Positions 39,685 to 47,812 of a stretch of DNA of 64,000 bases are shown one piece after another. A program made the translations under genes and the position numbers. Every line of letters starts with the position of its first letter. The stretch's first letter is position 1. The stretch spans positions 4,322 through 68,321 of the forward strand of contig JAUSBS010000082.1 in NCBI GenBank assembly GCA_030651905.1, given 5' to 3'. The notes under the pieces were generated by a model. It was not told where the DNA came from, ran no database searches, and worked only from the letters and a program-made list of their open reading frames with translations. The DNA comes from Coriobacteriia bacterium. Lineage in GTDB: Bacteria > Actinomycetota > Coriobacteriia > Anaerosomatales > PALSA-660.

Positions 39685-40365
39685 CTAGAGCAGGTCCCTC
39701 ACGTCGCGCACTCCGATCTGCTCGCGGGCGTAGAACGGCTCGCCTGCGGCCGTGCCGATGAGCGCGCCCCACGATGCTGCCTGGACGCGGACCCACGGCA
39801 GGATGCCCACGTTGGCCTCGTTCGTCGTGAACTGCGATTCGTACGCGGCCAGCGCGACCATCTTCGCGTCGAGGTCCTCGGAGACGTCCACGATGAAGGA
39901 CGGCCTCTCGACGATCCGCAGGTGGACCGCCCAGTAGTGGTAGAGCCTCGCCGGATAGTGCGGCTCGCCGGCCATGTCCGTCTTGACGAACTTGGCGTAG
40001 AAGCGGGCCGCCTCGATGATGGCCGACGCCGCGATGTGGTCGGGGTGCGCGTCGATCGGATACGGTGCGAAGACGATGCGAGGCCTCTCGGCGCGCAGCA
40101 CCTCGGCCACCTTCTTGCGCGCCTCCACGGTGTCGAACAGCTCGCGGTTCGGCAGATCGAGCGTGAGACGACGAGCGCCGAGGGCAACGGCTGATGTCGC
40201 GGCTTCGACCATGCGAGTCTCATGAGTACCGCGCGGGGTCGGCTCCCCGTCGGTGAGGTCGACGATGAGCACGTCGAGGCCGCACCGAGCCAGTTTCGCC
40301 GCAGTGGCGCCCATCCCGATCTCGACATCGTCGGGGTGCGCGCCGAAGCAGATCACGTCAGCCAT
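39685..40365 (-). CDS. PIG-L/LmbE-family N-acetylglucosaminyl deacetylase
   Basis: The start is set at MADVICFGAHPDDVEIGMG. The zinc motifs AHPDD and HPDH are present. Confidence 0.88.
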   Translation of the reverse strand: MADVICFGAHPDDVEIGMGATAAKLARCGLDVLIVDLTDGEPTPRGTHETRMVEAATSAVALGARRLTLDLPNRELFDTVEARKKVAEVLRAERPRIVFAPYPIDAHPDHIAASAIIEAARFYAKFVKTDMAGEPHYPARLYHYWAVHLRIVERPSFIVDVSEDLDAKMVALAAYESQFTTNEANVGILPWVRVQAASWGALIGTAAGEPFYAREQIGVRDVRDLL

Positions 40366-40372
40366 CTCGTCG

Positions 40373-41113
40373 TCAGCCCTTCGCTCCGGTCGGATCCTCG
40401 GCCAAAGTACGCTCCCAGACCGCCATGTAGTAGGCGAACCGTCGCTCCGCATCGTCCAGGTCCTGTCCGAATGAGCGATCGTGGTCGTTGTAGATCCGCT
40501 CGACCGGCATCTCACACACAGTGAGCCCCGCGGCCCACGCCCGCGCCCAGAACTCGAGCGGCATGGCGTAGCCGGGCTCGTCGATCTGCACGCGGTTCAA
40601 GGCATCCGCCTTGTACGCCTTGAACCCGCAGAACGAGTCGGTGAGGTTCCAGCCGGTCACGCCATTGACGACCTCGGTCACCCGCCGGTTCACCGCCTGC
40701 CGATCGCTCGGCACCAGGCCGACCGCGCCGGATCCCGGCAGGTAGCGGCTCCCGGACACGATGTCGGCGCCGCACGTGGTGAGCTCCTCGCAGAACTGCA
40801 CGATGTGGGAAGGCTCGTGCTGGCCGTCGCAGTCCATCGTGATGATCGACTCCGCACCGAGTTCGAGCGCCGCGGCGAAGCCGCTTCGCAGTGACGCACC
40901 GTAGCCCTGGTTCTGCTCATGGCGCACGAGCAGCACATCGCTGCGCGCGGACGCGATCTGCGCCGTGCCGTCCGTCGAACCGTCGTCCACGACGACGACC
41001 CAGCCGTCGTACCGCTCGCGCACCGCATCGAGCACCCACCCGATGGTGGACGCCTCATCGAACACCGGCATGACGACGCAGGTACGCGCCGTGCACGGTG
41101 ACTTCGCCTTCAC
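40373..41113 (-). CDS. family 2 glycosyltransferase (DPM1-like, no TM segment)
   Basis: The sequences VVMPVFDEASTI, VVVDDGSTDGT, ITMDCDGQHEP and SGSRY are typical. The GTG start overlaps the OsmC stop (GTGA). Confidence 0.85.
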   Translation of the reverse strand: MKAKSPCTARTCVVMPVFDEASTIGWVLDAVRERYDGWVVVVDDGSTDGTAQIASARSDVLLVRHEQNQGYGASLRSGFAAALELGAESIITMDCDGQHEPSHIVQFCEELTTCGADIVSGSRYLPGSGAVGLVPSDRQAVNRRVTEVVNGVTGWNLTDSFCGFKAYKADALNRVQIDEPGYAMPLEFWARAWAAGLTVCEMPVERIYNDHDRSFGQDLDDAERRFAYYMAVWERTLAEDPTGAKG

Positions 41114-41562
41114 TCCCCCGCCGCCTCGGCGGGTGTCGATGCGGCATCGACCACGCGGAAGCTCGTCGTCACTCGCACCTGAGGACCGAACATGCCCTTC
41201 ACCGCGCAGTACTTGTCCTCGGAGAGCTCTATCGCGCGCGCTACGGCCGCCTCGGTCACACCTGGACCGCTGACGATGTAGGAGATGTCGATGTCCTCAT
41301 AGTGGTGCGGATAGTCGTCCTCGCGCTGGGTCCCGTTCACGACGATCTCGAGGCTCGACGCCGGCATGCGCTTCTTCTCCAGCACCGACACGATGTCCAT
41401 CGCGGTGCAGGCCGCCAGGCCATAGAGCACCAGTTCGACAGGCCTGGGGCCTGTCCCTTCGCCCTTGTTCTCAGGCCGTGCATCCATGACGATGCCGTGC
41501 CCGTAGGCGTCCCATCCCACGAACTGACGGTTGCCCGCCCATCGCACGCGAACGGTGTCCAT
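41110..41562 (-). CDS. OsmC/Ohr-family peroxiredoxin-like protein
   Basis: The start is set at MDTVRVRW. VELVLYGLAACTAMDIVSVLEK and KYCAVKGM carry the two OsmC cysteines. Confidence 0.85.
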   Translation of the reverse strand: MDTVRVRWAGNRQFVGWDAYGHGIVMDARPENKGEGTGPRPVELVLYGLAACTAMDIVSVLEKKRMPASSLEIVVNGTQREDDYPHHYEDIDISYIVSGPGVTEAAVARAIELSEDKYCAVKGMFGPQVRVTTSFRVVDAASTPAEAAGE

Positions 41563-41732
41563 CGGATCCTCTCGTCCTTTGTGGTCGCACACAGCTGCGC
41601 GCCGAGGTCGTGCCCGTACCCCCGGTGCGGTGTCACTCCATTATGCCCAAGCGAAGGCGCCCCGGCCGCAATGGGCACGGAGCGCCTCGACGGTGCTGCG
41701 CGAAGCCACGGTCCGACCGGCGTGGAGGGGGT

Positions 41733-43331
41733 CTAGAGCTTCCGGCCGAGCATGGCAGCCAGCTCGCGCGGCTCCTTCGCCTTCGCGATGGCTTCCTCGT
41801 ACGTGATCTTGCCGCCCTGGAGCAGCGTCTTGAGATGCTGGTCGAGTGTCTGCATGCCGAGCTGGGCGCCGCCTTGGATGATGGTCGCCATCTGGTGCGT
41901 CTTACCCTCCCGGATGAGGTTGGAGATGGCCGGGATGCCGAGCATGATCTCCATGGCGAGGACCCGGCTCTTCCCGTCGGTGCTGCGCAGCAGGACCTGC
42001 GAGAGGACACCTTCGAGCGTGCCCGACAGCTGCATGCGGACCTGCTGCTGCTGGTGTGGCGGAAAGACGTCGATGACGCGGTCGATGGTCTCCGGACCGC
42101 CCGTGGTGTGCAGGGTGGCGAAGACTAGGTGGCCGGTCTCGGCCGCCGTGATGGCCGCGGAGATCGTCTCCAGGTCGCGCATCTCGCCGACGAGGATGAC
42201 ATCGGGGTCCTGACGAAGGACGCGCTTGAGTGCCGACGCGAACGAATGGGTGTCCTCGCCCACCTCGCGCTGGTTCACATACGCCTTCTTGTTCTTGTGC
42301 ATGAACTCGATGGGGTCCTCCATCGTGATGATGTGGACCGCACGCGTCTCGTTGATGTGGTCGACCATCGCCGCCAGCGTGGTCGACTTTCCCGACCCGG
42401 TCGGACCCGTTACGAGCACGAGCCCGCGAGGCCGCTCCGCAAGGTACTTGCAGACCTTCGGCAAGTTGAGGTCGGCCATGCTCGGGATGCGCAGGGGGAT
42501 GACACGGAAGACCGCGCCCATCGAGTTGCGCTGCTGCAAGACGTTGGCGCGGAACCGGGAGAGCCCGGGGATGCTGTAGGCGAAGTCCAGTTCCAGCTCG
42601 ACCTCGAAGCGCTTGCGCTGCTCCTCCGAGAGCATGGACAGGATCATCTCCTGCGTGTCCTTCGGCGAGAGTGGGCGCATACCCTCGATCGGCAGGAGCT
42701 CACCGCGCTGACGGACGCCCGGAGGGCTCCCTACGTTGATGTGCAGGTCGGAGCCGCCGCGGTCGATCATCAGCCGGAGAAGGTCGTCGATATGCGGGAC
42801 GCCGCTGGAGCTCGCCTTCGGCGCGCTCACGGGCCTCGACTCGCCCGCAGCCGACACCGGTTGCGGTGCGCCGTAGGAGGCTGCCTGCACCGGCTGCGGC
42901 GCACCATAGTCCGCGGTAGCCGCCGCTGCCGCCTCCGGCGAGGTCGACGATGCTGTGACAGCGACTCCGGCGAGGACGCGCACCTTGTCGAGCAGGACCC
43001 CGAGGTCGACGGACTCGGGCAGATGCGCCGATGCTCCGGACTGACGCGCCTTGAGCGACGTCGACTCGGACGGCTCGTCCGCAAGAATGATGACCGGCAC
43101 GTTCGCCAACTCGGGGTCCGCCTTGAGCTGTTGCGTCAGTGCGTAGCCGTCGAGCCCGACCATATCGCCGTCGACGATGATCACGTCCGGCTTGCGCTGC
43201 TGCGCCATACCGATCGCCCGTGGACCGGAGATCGCGGCGAACACCTCGAAGCCCGGCTCGTCGGCCTGGAAACGGCTCTGGATCCTCTCGAACAGGGCGG
43301 CGTCCTCGTTGACCACAAGTATCTTCGCCAC
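41733..43331 (-). CDS. pilT: PilT-type type IV pilus retraction ATPase fused to an N-terminal receiver-like domain
   Basis: The GTG start at 43331 follows GGGAGGGGA. The REC-like part reads KILVVNEDAA...DVIIVDGDM. It is followed by a Pro/Ala linker with a repeated SYGAPQPV. The PilT core has GPTGSGKST, DVILVGEMRD, HLVFATLHT and AISNLIREGK. Confidence 0.88.
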   Translation of the reverse strand: MAKILVVNEDAALFERIQSRFQADEPGFEVFAAISGPRAIGMAQQRKPDVIIVDGDMVGLDGYALTQQLKADPELANVPVIILADEPSESTSLKARQSGASAHLPESVDLGVLLDKVRVLAGVAVTASSTSPEAAAAATADYGAPQPVQAASYGAPQPVSAAGESRPVSAPKASSSGVPHIDDLLRLMIDRGGSDLHINVGSPPGVRQRGELLPIEGMRPLSPKDTQEMILSMLSEEQRKRFEVELELDFAYSIPGLSRFRANVLQQRNSMGAVFRVIPLRIPSMADLNLPKVCKYLAERPRGLVLVTGPTGSGKSTTLAAMVDHINETRAVHIITMEDPIEFMHKNKKAYVNQREVGEDTHSFASALKRVLRQDPDVILVGEMRDLETISAAITAAETGHLVFATLHTTGGPETIDRVIDVFPPHQQQQVRMQLSGTLEGVLSQVLLRSTDGKSRVLAMEIMLGIPAISNLIREGKTHQMATIIQGGAQLGMQTLDQHLKTLLQGGKITYEEAIAKAKEPRELAAMLGRKL

Positions 43332-43455
43332 TACCCGCGTCCCCTCCCGATGTCCATACGAAGCGGGCCGCTTCGACGTACACAATCGCCGGCGCGACCC
43401 GTTGAGTCCCCTCTGAAGGTATATCGGCACCGGCGGCACGAACTGAACCACCGAT

Positions 43456-43472
43456 TGTGACGCCACGTCACA
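43456..43472. promoter_or_regulatory. perfect palindrome TGTGACG-CCA-CGTCACA (CRP/FNR-like half sites, 7-nt spacer)
   Basis: The palindrome was read directly. It lies in the divergent pilT / methyltransferase intergenic region. Confidence 0.3.
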
Positions 43473-43573
43473 GTTCCATGCCGTGCGTCACACATGCGTG
43501 CCTCACGTGCATGGTATAGCGTACCCCGCCGCTTGTGCTCACAGTCGACACGGGCATGCCCTATCATCGATCC

Positions 43574-44893
43574 ATGGGGACACAGATGAAGCTGACCATA
43601 GACTCGCTGGCCCACGGGGGCGACGGTGTCGCGCGCGCCGAGGACGGCCGAGCCGTGTTCGTGACCGGCGCGTGCCCGGGCGACGTGGTCTCAGCCGTCG
43701 TTACAGAGGAGCACGACAGATATCTGCGGGCGACCGTCGTCGAAGTGCTCGAGCCGTCGCCCGAACGCCGCAGACCTCCCTGCCCGTACTTCGGCGAATG
43801 CGGGGGCTGCCAGTGGCAGCACGTCTCGCACGCGGCACAGGTCGTCGCGAAGCGACAGGCTGTCATCGACGCCCTCACTCGCATCGGCGGCGTGACACAG
43901 CCTCTGGTCGAGGAGGTCCTGACCGGCGGACACGCGTACGGCTATCGCAACAAGGTCGAGCTCACCGTGGGCGAGGATGCCCGAGGTGGACTCGTGCTCG
44001 GGCTGTCGGCCATCGGCACCCAACGGCTCGTCCCGGTCGAGAGTTGCCTGCTCCTGCCGGAGAAGCGACGCGCGTATCCCAAAGCGCTCGCGGGCGCACT
44101 GCGCTTCCTCTCGCGCGGAGGGCCTCTCGGGCTCTCGCGTGTGGCGATCAGGTCCGCCGCACGCACCGGGGACGTCGAGGTCGATCTCTGGGCGGCCCCC
44201 GGGCCCTTCGCGCGAGCCGCAGCGGTCCGCACCCTGTCGAGCGCCGTACGGTTCGAGACCCTCACCCGCGTACTCGCCCGCGGAGACGTCAAATCGCGCG
44301 ACGTGAGCAACGTCGAGGTGCTTGCGGGCCAGGGCTACCTGCGTGAGCGGATGAACGGATTCGAATACCGCGTCTCGGCGCCGTCGTTCTTCCAGGTCAA
44401 CACACCGGTGGCCGAATCGATGACCGCACTCGTACTTGCGGAGCTCGCCCCGGACGGGAGCGACCGCGTCCTCGACGTCTACGCGGGAGTCGGCACGTTC
44501 ACGCTCCCTCTGGCGGATCTGGCGGGCGAGGTCGTCGCGCTCGAGTCGTATGGCCCCGCGGTTCGCGATCTCCGCCGCAACATCGATCACGCAGGAGTCG
44601 ACGTCGACCTCGCTCCCGGTGACGCCGCTCGCGCACTGCCCGACGTCGGCAGCGCGGATCTCGCCGTCGTGGATCCGCCGCGCTCCGGGTTGACCGACGC
44701 GGCTGCCGCAGCAATCGCCGGCTGCGGACCGCGCCGTATCGTGTACGTCTCGTGCGACCCCGCCACACTCGCCCGCGACGTCGCACGACTGCGGACGCAT
44801 GGCTACTCGTTCGTGCGCGCCACCCCGGTCGACCTCTTCCCACAGACGTATCACACGGAAACGGTCGCGGTACTGGACCGCGACCGTTCGTAG
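43574..44893 (+). CDS. 23S rRNA (uracil-C5)-methyltransferase, RlmD/RumA family
   Basis: It has an N-terminal TRAM-like domain, the Fe-S motif CPYFGECGGCQWQH, the SAM motif VLDVYAGVGTF and the catalytic region YVSCDPATLARD. Confidence 0.88.
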   Translation: MGTQMKLTIDSLAHGGDGVARAEDGRAVFVTGACPGDVVSAVVTEEHDRYLRATVVEVLEPSPERRRPPCPYFGECGGCQWQHVSHAAQVVAKRQAVIDALTRIGGVTQPLVEEVLTGGHAYGYRNKVELTVGEDARGGLVLGLSAIGTQRLVPVESCLLLPEKRRAYPKALAGALRFLSRGGPLGLSRVAIRSAARTGDVEVDLWAAPGPFARAAAVRTLSSAVRFETLTRVLARGDVKSRDVSNVEVLAGQGYLRERMNGFEYRVSAPSFFQVNTPVAESMTALVLAELAPDGSDRVLDVYAGVGTFTLPLADLAGEVVALESYGPAVRDLRRNIDHAGVDVDLAPGDAARALPDVGSADLAVVDPPRSGLTDAAAAAIAGCGPRRIVYVSCDPATLARDVARLRTHGYSFVRATPVDLFPQTYHTETVAVLDRDRS

Positions 44894-44930
44894 TGCTGCA
44901 CCTCTGACCCCTACGTGGTCCGGGAAGACG

Positions 44931-45158
44931 TCACGCCAAGGTGCCTACCTGTGGGAACTCCGTGACATACACGTCGTGTGGCGCATCGTCATGCTCGGCC
45001 GTCAGATCGTGCCCTGCCGCATGCATACCTTCATGGTCGCCCCCGCCCCACATAGCGTTCCCGCTCAGATCGTAGACGACGCCCTGGTACGCGACATACG
45101 CGGGGCGACCGTCCTTGCCATCGAACGTGGACAGCTCCTCTGCGGTGAACTCCTTCAT
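44931..45158 (-). CDS. cytochrome b5-like heme/steroid-binding domain protein (75 aa)
   Basis: It starts at MKEFTAEELSTFDGKDGRPAYVAYQGVVYDLS after GGGAGG. Confidence 0.75.
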   Translation of the reverse strand: MKEFTAEELSTFDGKDGRPAYVAYQGVVYDLSGNAMWGGGDHEGMHAAGHDLTAEHDDAPHDVYVTEFPQVGTLA

Positions 45159-45323
45159 GGCCTGCCTCCCGTCGCTTCGGTGTGACCCATGCGCTACATC
45201 GAGCCATCTCTTACTTACCTGTGCACCGCACGGGCGAAACCGGGAGTCGCCGTCCCGGCAACAAGAAGAGGCGATCACCCATCGGTGACCGCCCCGCACT
45301 GCACAGGAACACCGCGCCCCGCG

Positions 45324-45710
45324 TCAGCCCCGACCGAGCTTCGCCAGGAAGTTGAGGATCTTGACGAGTGCGCCGCCCACCATCGGGATGGCCGCGATCG
45401 TCATCCATCCGCCGCCCTCGCCGCTTCCGACGCCCTTCATGACCTCGCCGAAATCGACCCGCACCGGCGATGCCACGCCGTTGATCTCGAGTGTCACGGT
45501 GGCTCCGGTGCTACCCAGCTGCACGCCCTTGACCTGGCCGGCGAGTTGGCTGGCTACCTGGCCCGCGGTGACCGTGGTGACCGTGCGCCCCGTGGCCTGT
45601 GCCCCGAAGGCGGCTGCCGGCGCACACAGCGCGACCATCATGGCTCCGAGGAGGGCCACCCTGATCAGCCTGTCCGGCACAGCACACCTCCGACGACGCG
45701 CCCACAACAT
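45324..45710 (-). CDS. hypothetical secreted/membrane-anchored small protein
   Basis: It has a signal-like N-terminus (LLGAMMVALCAPAAAFGAQA), a Gly-rich segment and a C-terminal hydrophobic helix. I recognise no family, and the start is uncertain. Confidence 0.45.
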   Translation of the reverse strand: MLWARRRRCAVPDRLIRVALLGAMMVALCAPAAAFGAQATGRTVTTVTAGQVASQLAGQVKGVQLGSTGATVTLEINGVASPVRVDFGEVMKGVGSGEGGGWMTIAAIPMVGGALVKILNFLAKLGRG

Positions 45711-45955
45711 CTCGCTGTCTGTATCGACACAGCGATGCCGCGTGAATGTGACACATATCACGACAAGCGGTCGGTTCCGATGGGCGGAGCCTTTTGTCGC
45801 CCAATGGATACCGTTCGGGGTGTCGCTCATCACATTGTGTGCTCAGATGCTACCGTGCGCTCGGAAGACGACCCGCGCCGGACCGCGGACAGAAGCGTCA
45901 GCGTCCGCCGACCGGCGGACGCGGGTTTCGAGCGTGTCTCGGGCGGGTGGGCGGG

Positions 45956-46654
45956 CTATTCGGCCTCGAGACGCTCCCGAAGGCGGAAGAGATCGACGAC
46001 GATGCGGCGACCCTTCGTCGCAAGCACACCCTCGCGCACCAGGCTCGAGATGATGCGGCTCGCGGTCTCGCGCGACGTCCCGGCGAGCGTGGCGATCTCG
46101 TAGTGTGTCAGGCCGGCGATGACCGGAACGCCACGTGACTCGTACGCGGCGGTGGCCACGTTGAGAAGGACGCGCATCACGCGGTGCGTGGCGTCGTGGA
46201 ACGCCATGTCCTCCAGCCGGGAGATCGTGTGGCGCAGTCGGCGGGACAGCGTCGCGATGAGCGACAGAGCGAGACGCGGCTGCAGTTGGATCGCGGCGGA
46301 CAGGTCCTTCGCCTCCAGCACGAGCGCTTCCACATCGGTCACCGCGATGACGTCGGCGGAACGAGGCTCGGAATCCACAAGGCTCATCTCGCCGAAGTGC
46401 GCGGGAGCCTCAAGGTACGAGAGCGCGAGCTCCTTGCCGTCAGGCGACGCGAGCGAGACCTTCACCCGACCGGAGACGAGCAGGAACATGCAGCCGCCGC
46501 GTTCATGTTGGGTGACGATGAAGGCGCCCTTCGGCACCTGGCGGTACGTGACCATCCCCGCGAGCGTCTCGATTGCTTCCTCATCGAGGTCGGCGAAGAT
46601 CGGCAGTGTACGGAGCTTCGGTGCGATCAGGCCGCGTGCAGGTGTCATGTTCAT
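45956..46654 (-). CDS. Crp/Fnr-family transcriptional regulator
   Basis: A cNMP-binding domain (FGEMSLVD...RSADV) is followed by a C-terminal HTH (THYEIATLAGTSRETASRIIS). No N-terminal Cys cluster is present, so it is CRP-like rather than FNR-like. Confidence 0.88.
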   Translation of the reverse strand: MNMTPARGLIAPKLRTLPIFADLDEEAIETLAGMVTYRQVPKGAFIVTQHERGGCMFLLVSGRVKVSLASPDGKELALSYLEAPAHFGEMSLVDSEPRSADVIAVTDVEALVLEAKDLSAAIQLQPRLALSLIATLSRRLRHTISRLEDMAFHDATHRVMRVLLNVATAAYESRGVPVIAGLTHYEIATLAGTSRETASRIISSLVREGVLATKGRRIVVDLFRLRERLEAE

Positions 46655-46679
46655 GCCCCGTGTATCGGCAACGCCCTAT

Positions 46680-46695
46680 TGTGACTTGAGATACA
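46680..46695. promoter_or_regulatory. CRP-like half-conserved site TGTGA-CTTGAG-ATACA inside an 8-bp inverted repeat (CTATTGTG...CACAATAG)
   Basis: The site was read directly and lies 26 nt upstream of the crp-family start codon, in the divergent region shared with the HAD gene. Confidence 0.3.
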
Positions 46696-46832
46696 CCGTA
46701 CGTGATATCCGACACAATAGCCGTTGGATCACGGCGCGACGGACGGGCCTCAGCCACCGCATGGCGGTGCTACCATGTGCGGGTCCGGGATCGCCCCGGG
46801 CACGGAGACCGAAGCCTCGGAAGGACTCTCGC

Positions 46833-47555
46833 GTGCGCGCTGTTCTCTTCGACCTCGACGGCACGCTGCTCGACCTCGACCTCTCGCTGTTCCTGCGCAG
46901 GTACTTCGAGTCGCTCGGGGCCGTCGTGCAGCGCCACTTCCCCGACGGCGACGTCATGCGTGCGATCCTCGATGCGACCGAGGCGATGCAACGTCCGCAC
47001 CCTGGGAAGACGAATCGCGATGTCTTCTACGCCGACCTCCTCGCTCGGACCGGCATAGACCTGCAGGCGTCCTGGAGCGTGTTCGAAGCGTTCTATCGCG
47101 ACCGGTTCCCGGCGCTCGGGGACGGCTGCCGTCCGGGCAAGGGAGCCAGGCGTGCCGTGGAGACCGCCCTCGCGCTGGGGCTCGACGTCGTCATCGCCAC
47201 GCAGCCGATCTTCCCGAGGGTGGCGATCGAGCACCGACTCGCCTGGGCGGGCCTCTCCGACCTAGGACTGGAGCGGCTGACCACGTACGAGATCATGCAC
47301 GCGTGCAAACCGCTTCCGGACTACTTCCGCGAGGCTGCAGTTCTGGCAGGGCACGAGCCGGCGGAGTGCCTCATGGTCGGGGACGACCGCATGCTCGACA
47401 TGCCTGCGGCCGACGTCGGCATGCGCACCTTCTACGTCGGATCGGACAGCGGCACCCACGCGGACTGGTGCGGCGACCTCGACCGGCTCGCCGACCTCTT
47501 GCCGCACCTGGCGGCGGAGCCCCGTCGAGACGTCGGGGCGGTCGACTCCCGCTAG
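46833..47555 (+). CDS. HAD-family hydrolase
   Basis: The GTG start at 46833 follows GGAAGGA. Motif I is VLFDLDGTLLD, and the late motif GDDRMLDM is present. Confidence 0.85.
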   Translation: MRAVLFDLDGTLLDLDLSLFLRRYFESLGAVVQRHFPDGDVMRAILDATEAMQRPHPGKTNRDVFYADLLARTGIDLQASWSVFEAFYRDRFPALGDGCRPGKGARRAVETALALGLDVVIATQPIFPRVAIEHRLAWAGLSDLGLERLTTYEIMHACKPLPDYFREAAVLAGHEPAECLMVGDDRMLDMPAADVGMRTFYVGSDSGTHADWCGDLDRLADLLPHLAAEPRRDVGAVDSR

Positions 47556-47812
47556 GTCATGCGCCTGCGGATGAGCGCGACCCACGCGCCGTCGAGGCGC
47601 TGGTCGTAGAAGAACTCGAACTGGCCCTTGGTCTCCTTGCGCAGCTCGAGCTGGTAGCCGAGACCCGCGGGCTCGTGGTCGCAGATGACCACAAGGCTGT
47701 CGGAGCAGTCGATATCGAGCATCTTGTCCACGACCGTGAAGACGATGGGGCGGCGCAGCGCGGGGGTCAGGCCGCGGATATCGATGACGAGACCTGTTGA
47801 AGGACCGGACAT
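47552..47812 (-). CDS. DUF2249-domain protein (86 aa)
   Basis: The sequence MSGPSTGLVIDIRGLTPALRRPIVFTVVDKM...LVVICDHEP is a TusA-like DUF2249 pattern. The rest of the 235-aa track ORF is not coding-like. Confidence 0.7.
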   Translation of the reverse strand: MSGPSTGLVIDIRGLTPALRRPIVFTVVDKMLDIDCSDSLVVICDHEPAGLGYQLELRKETKGQFEFFYDQRLDGAWVALIRRRMT

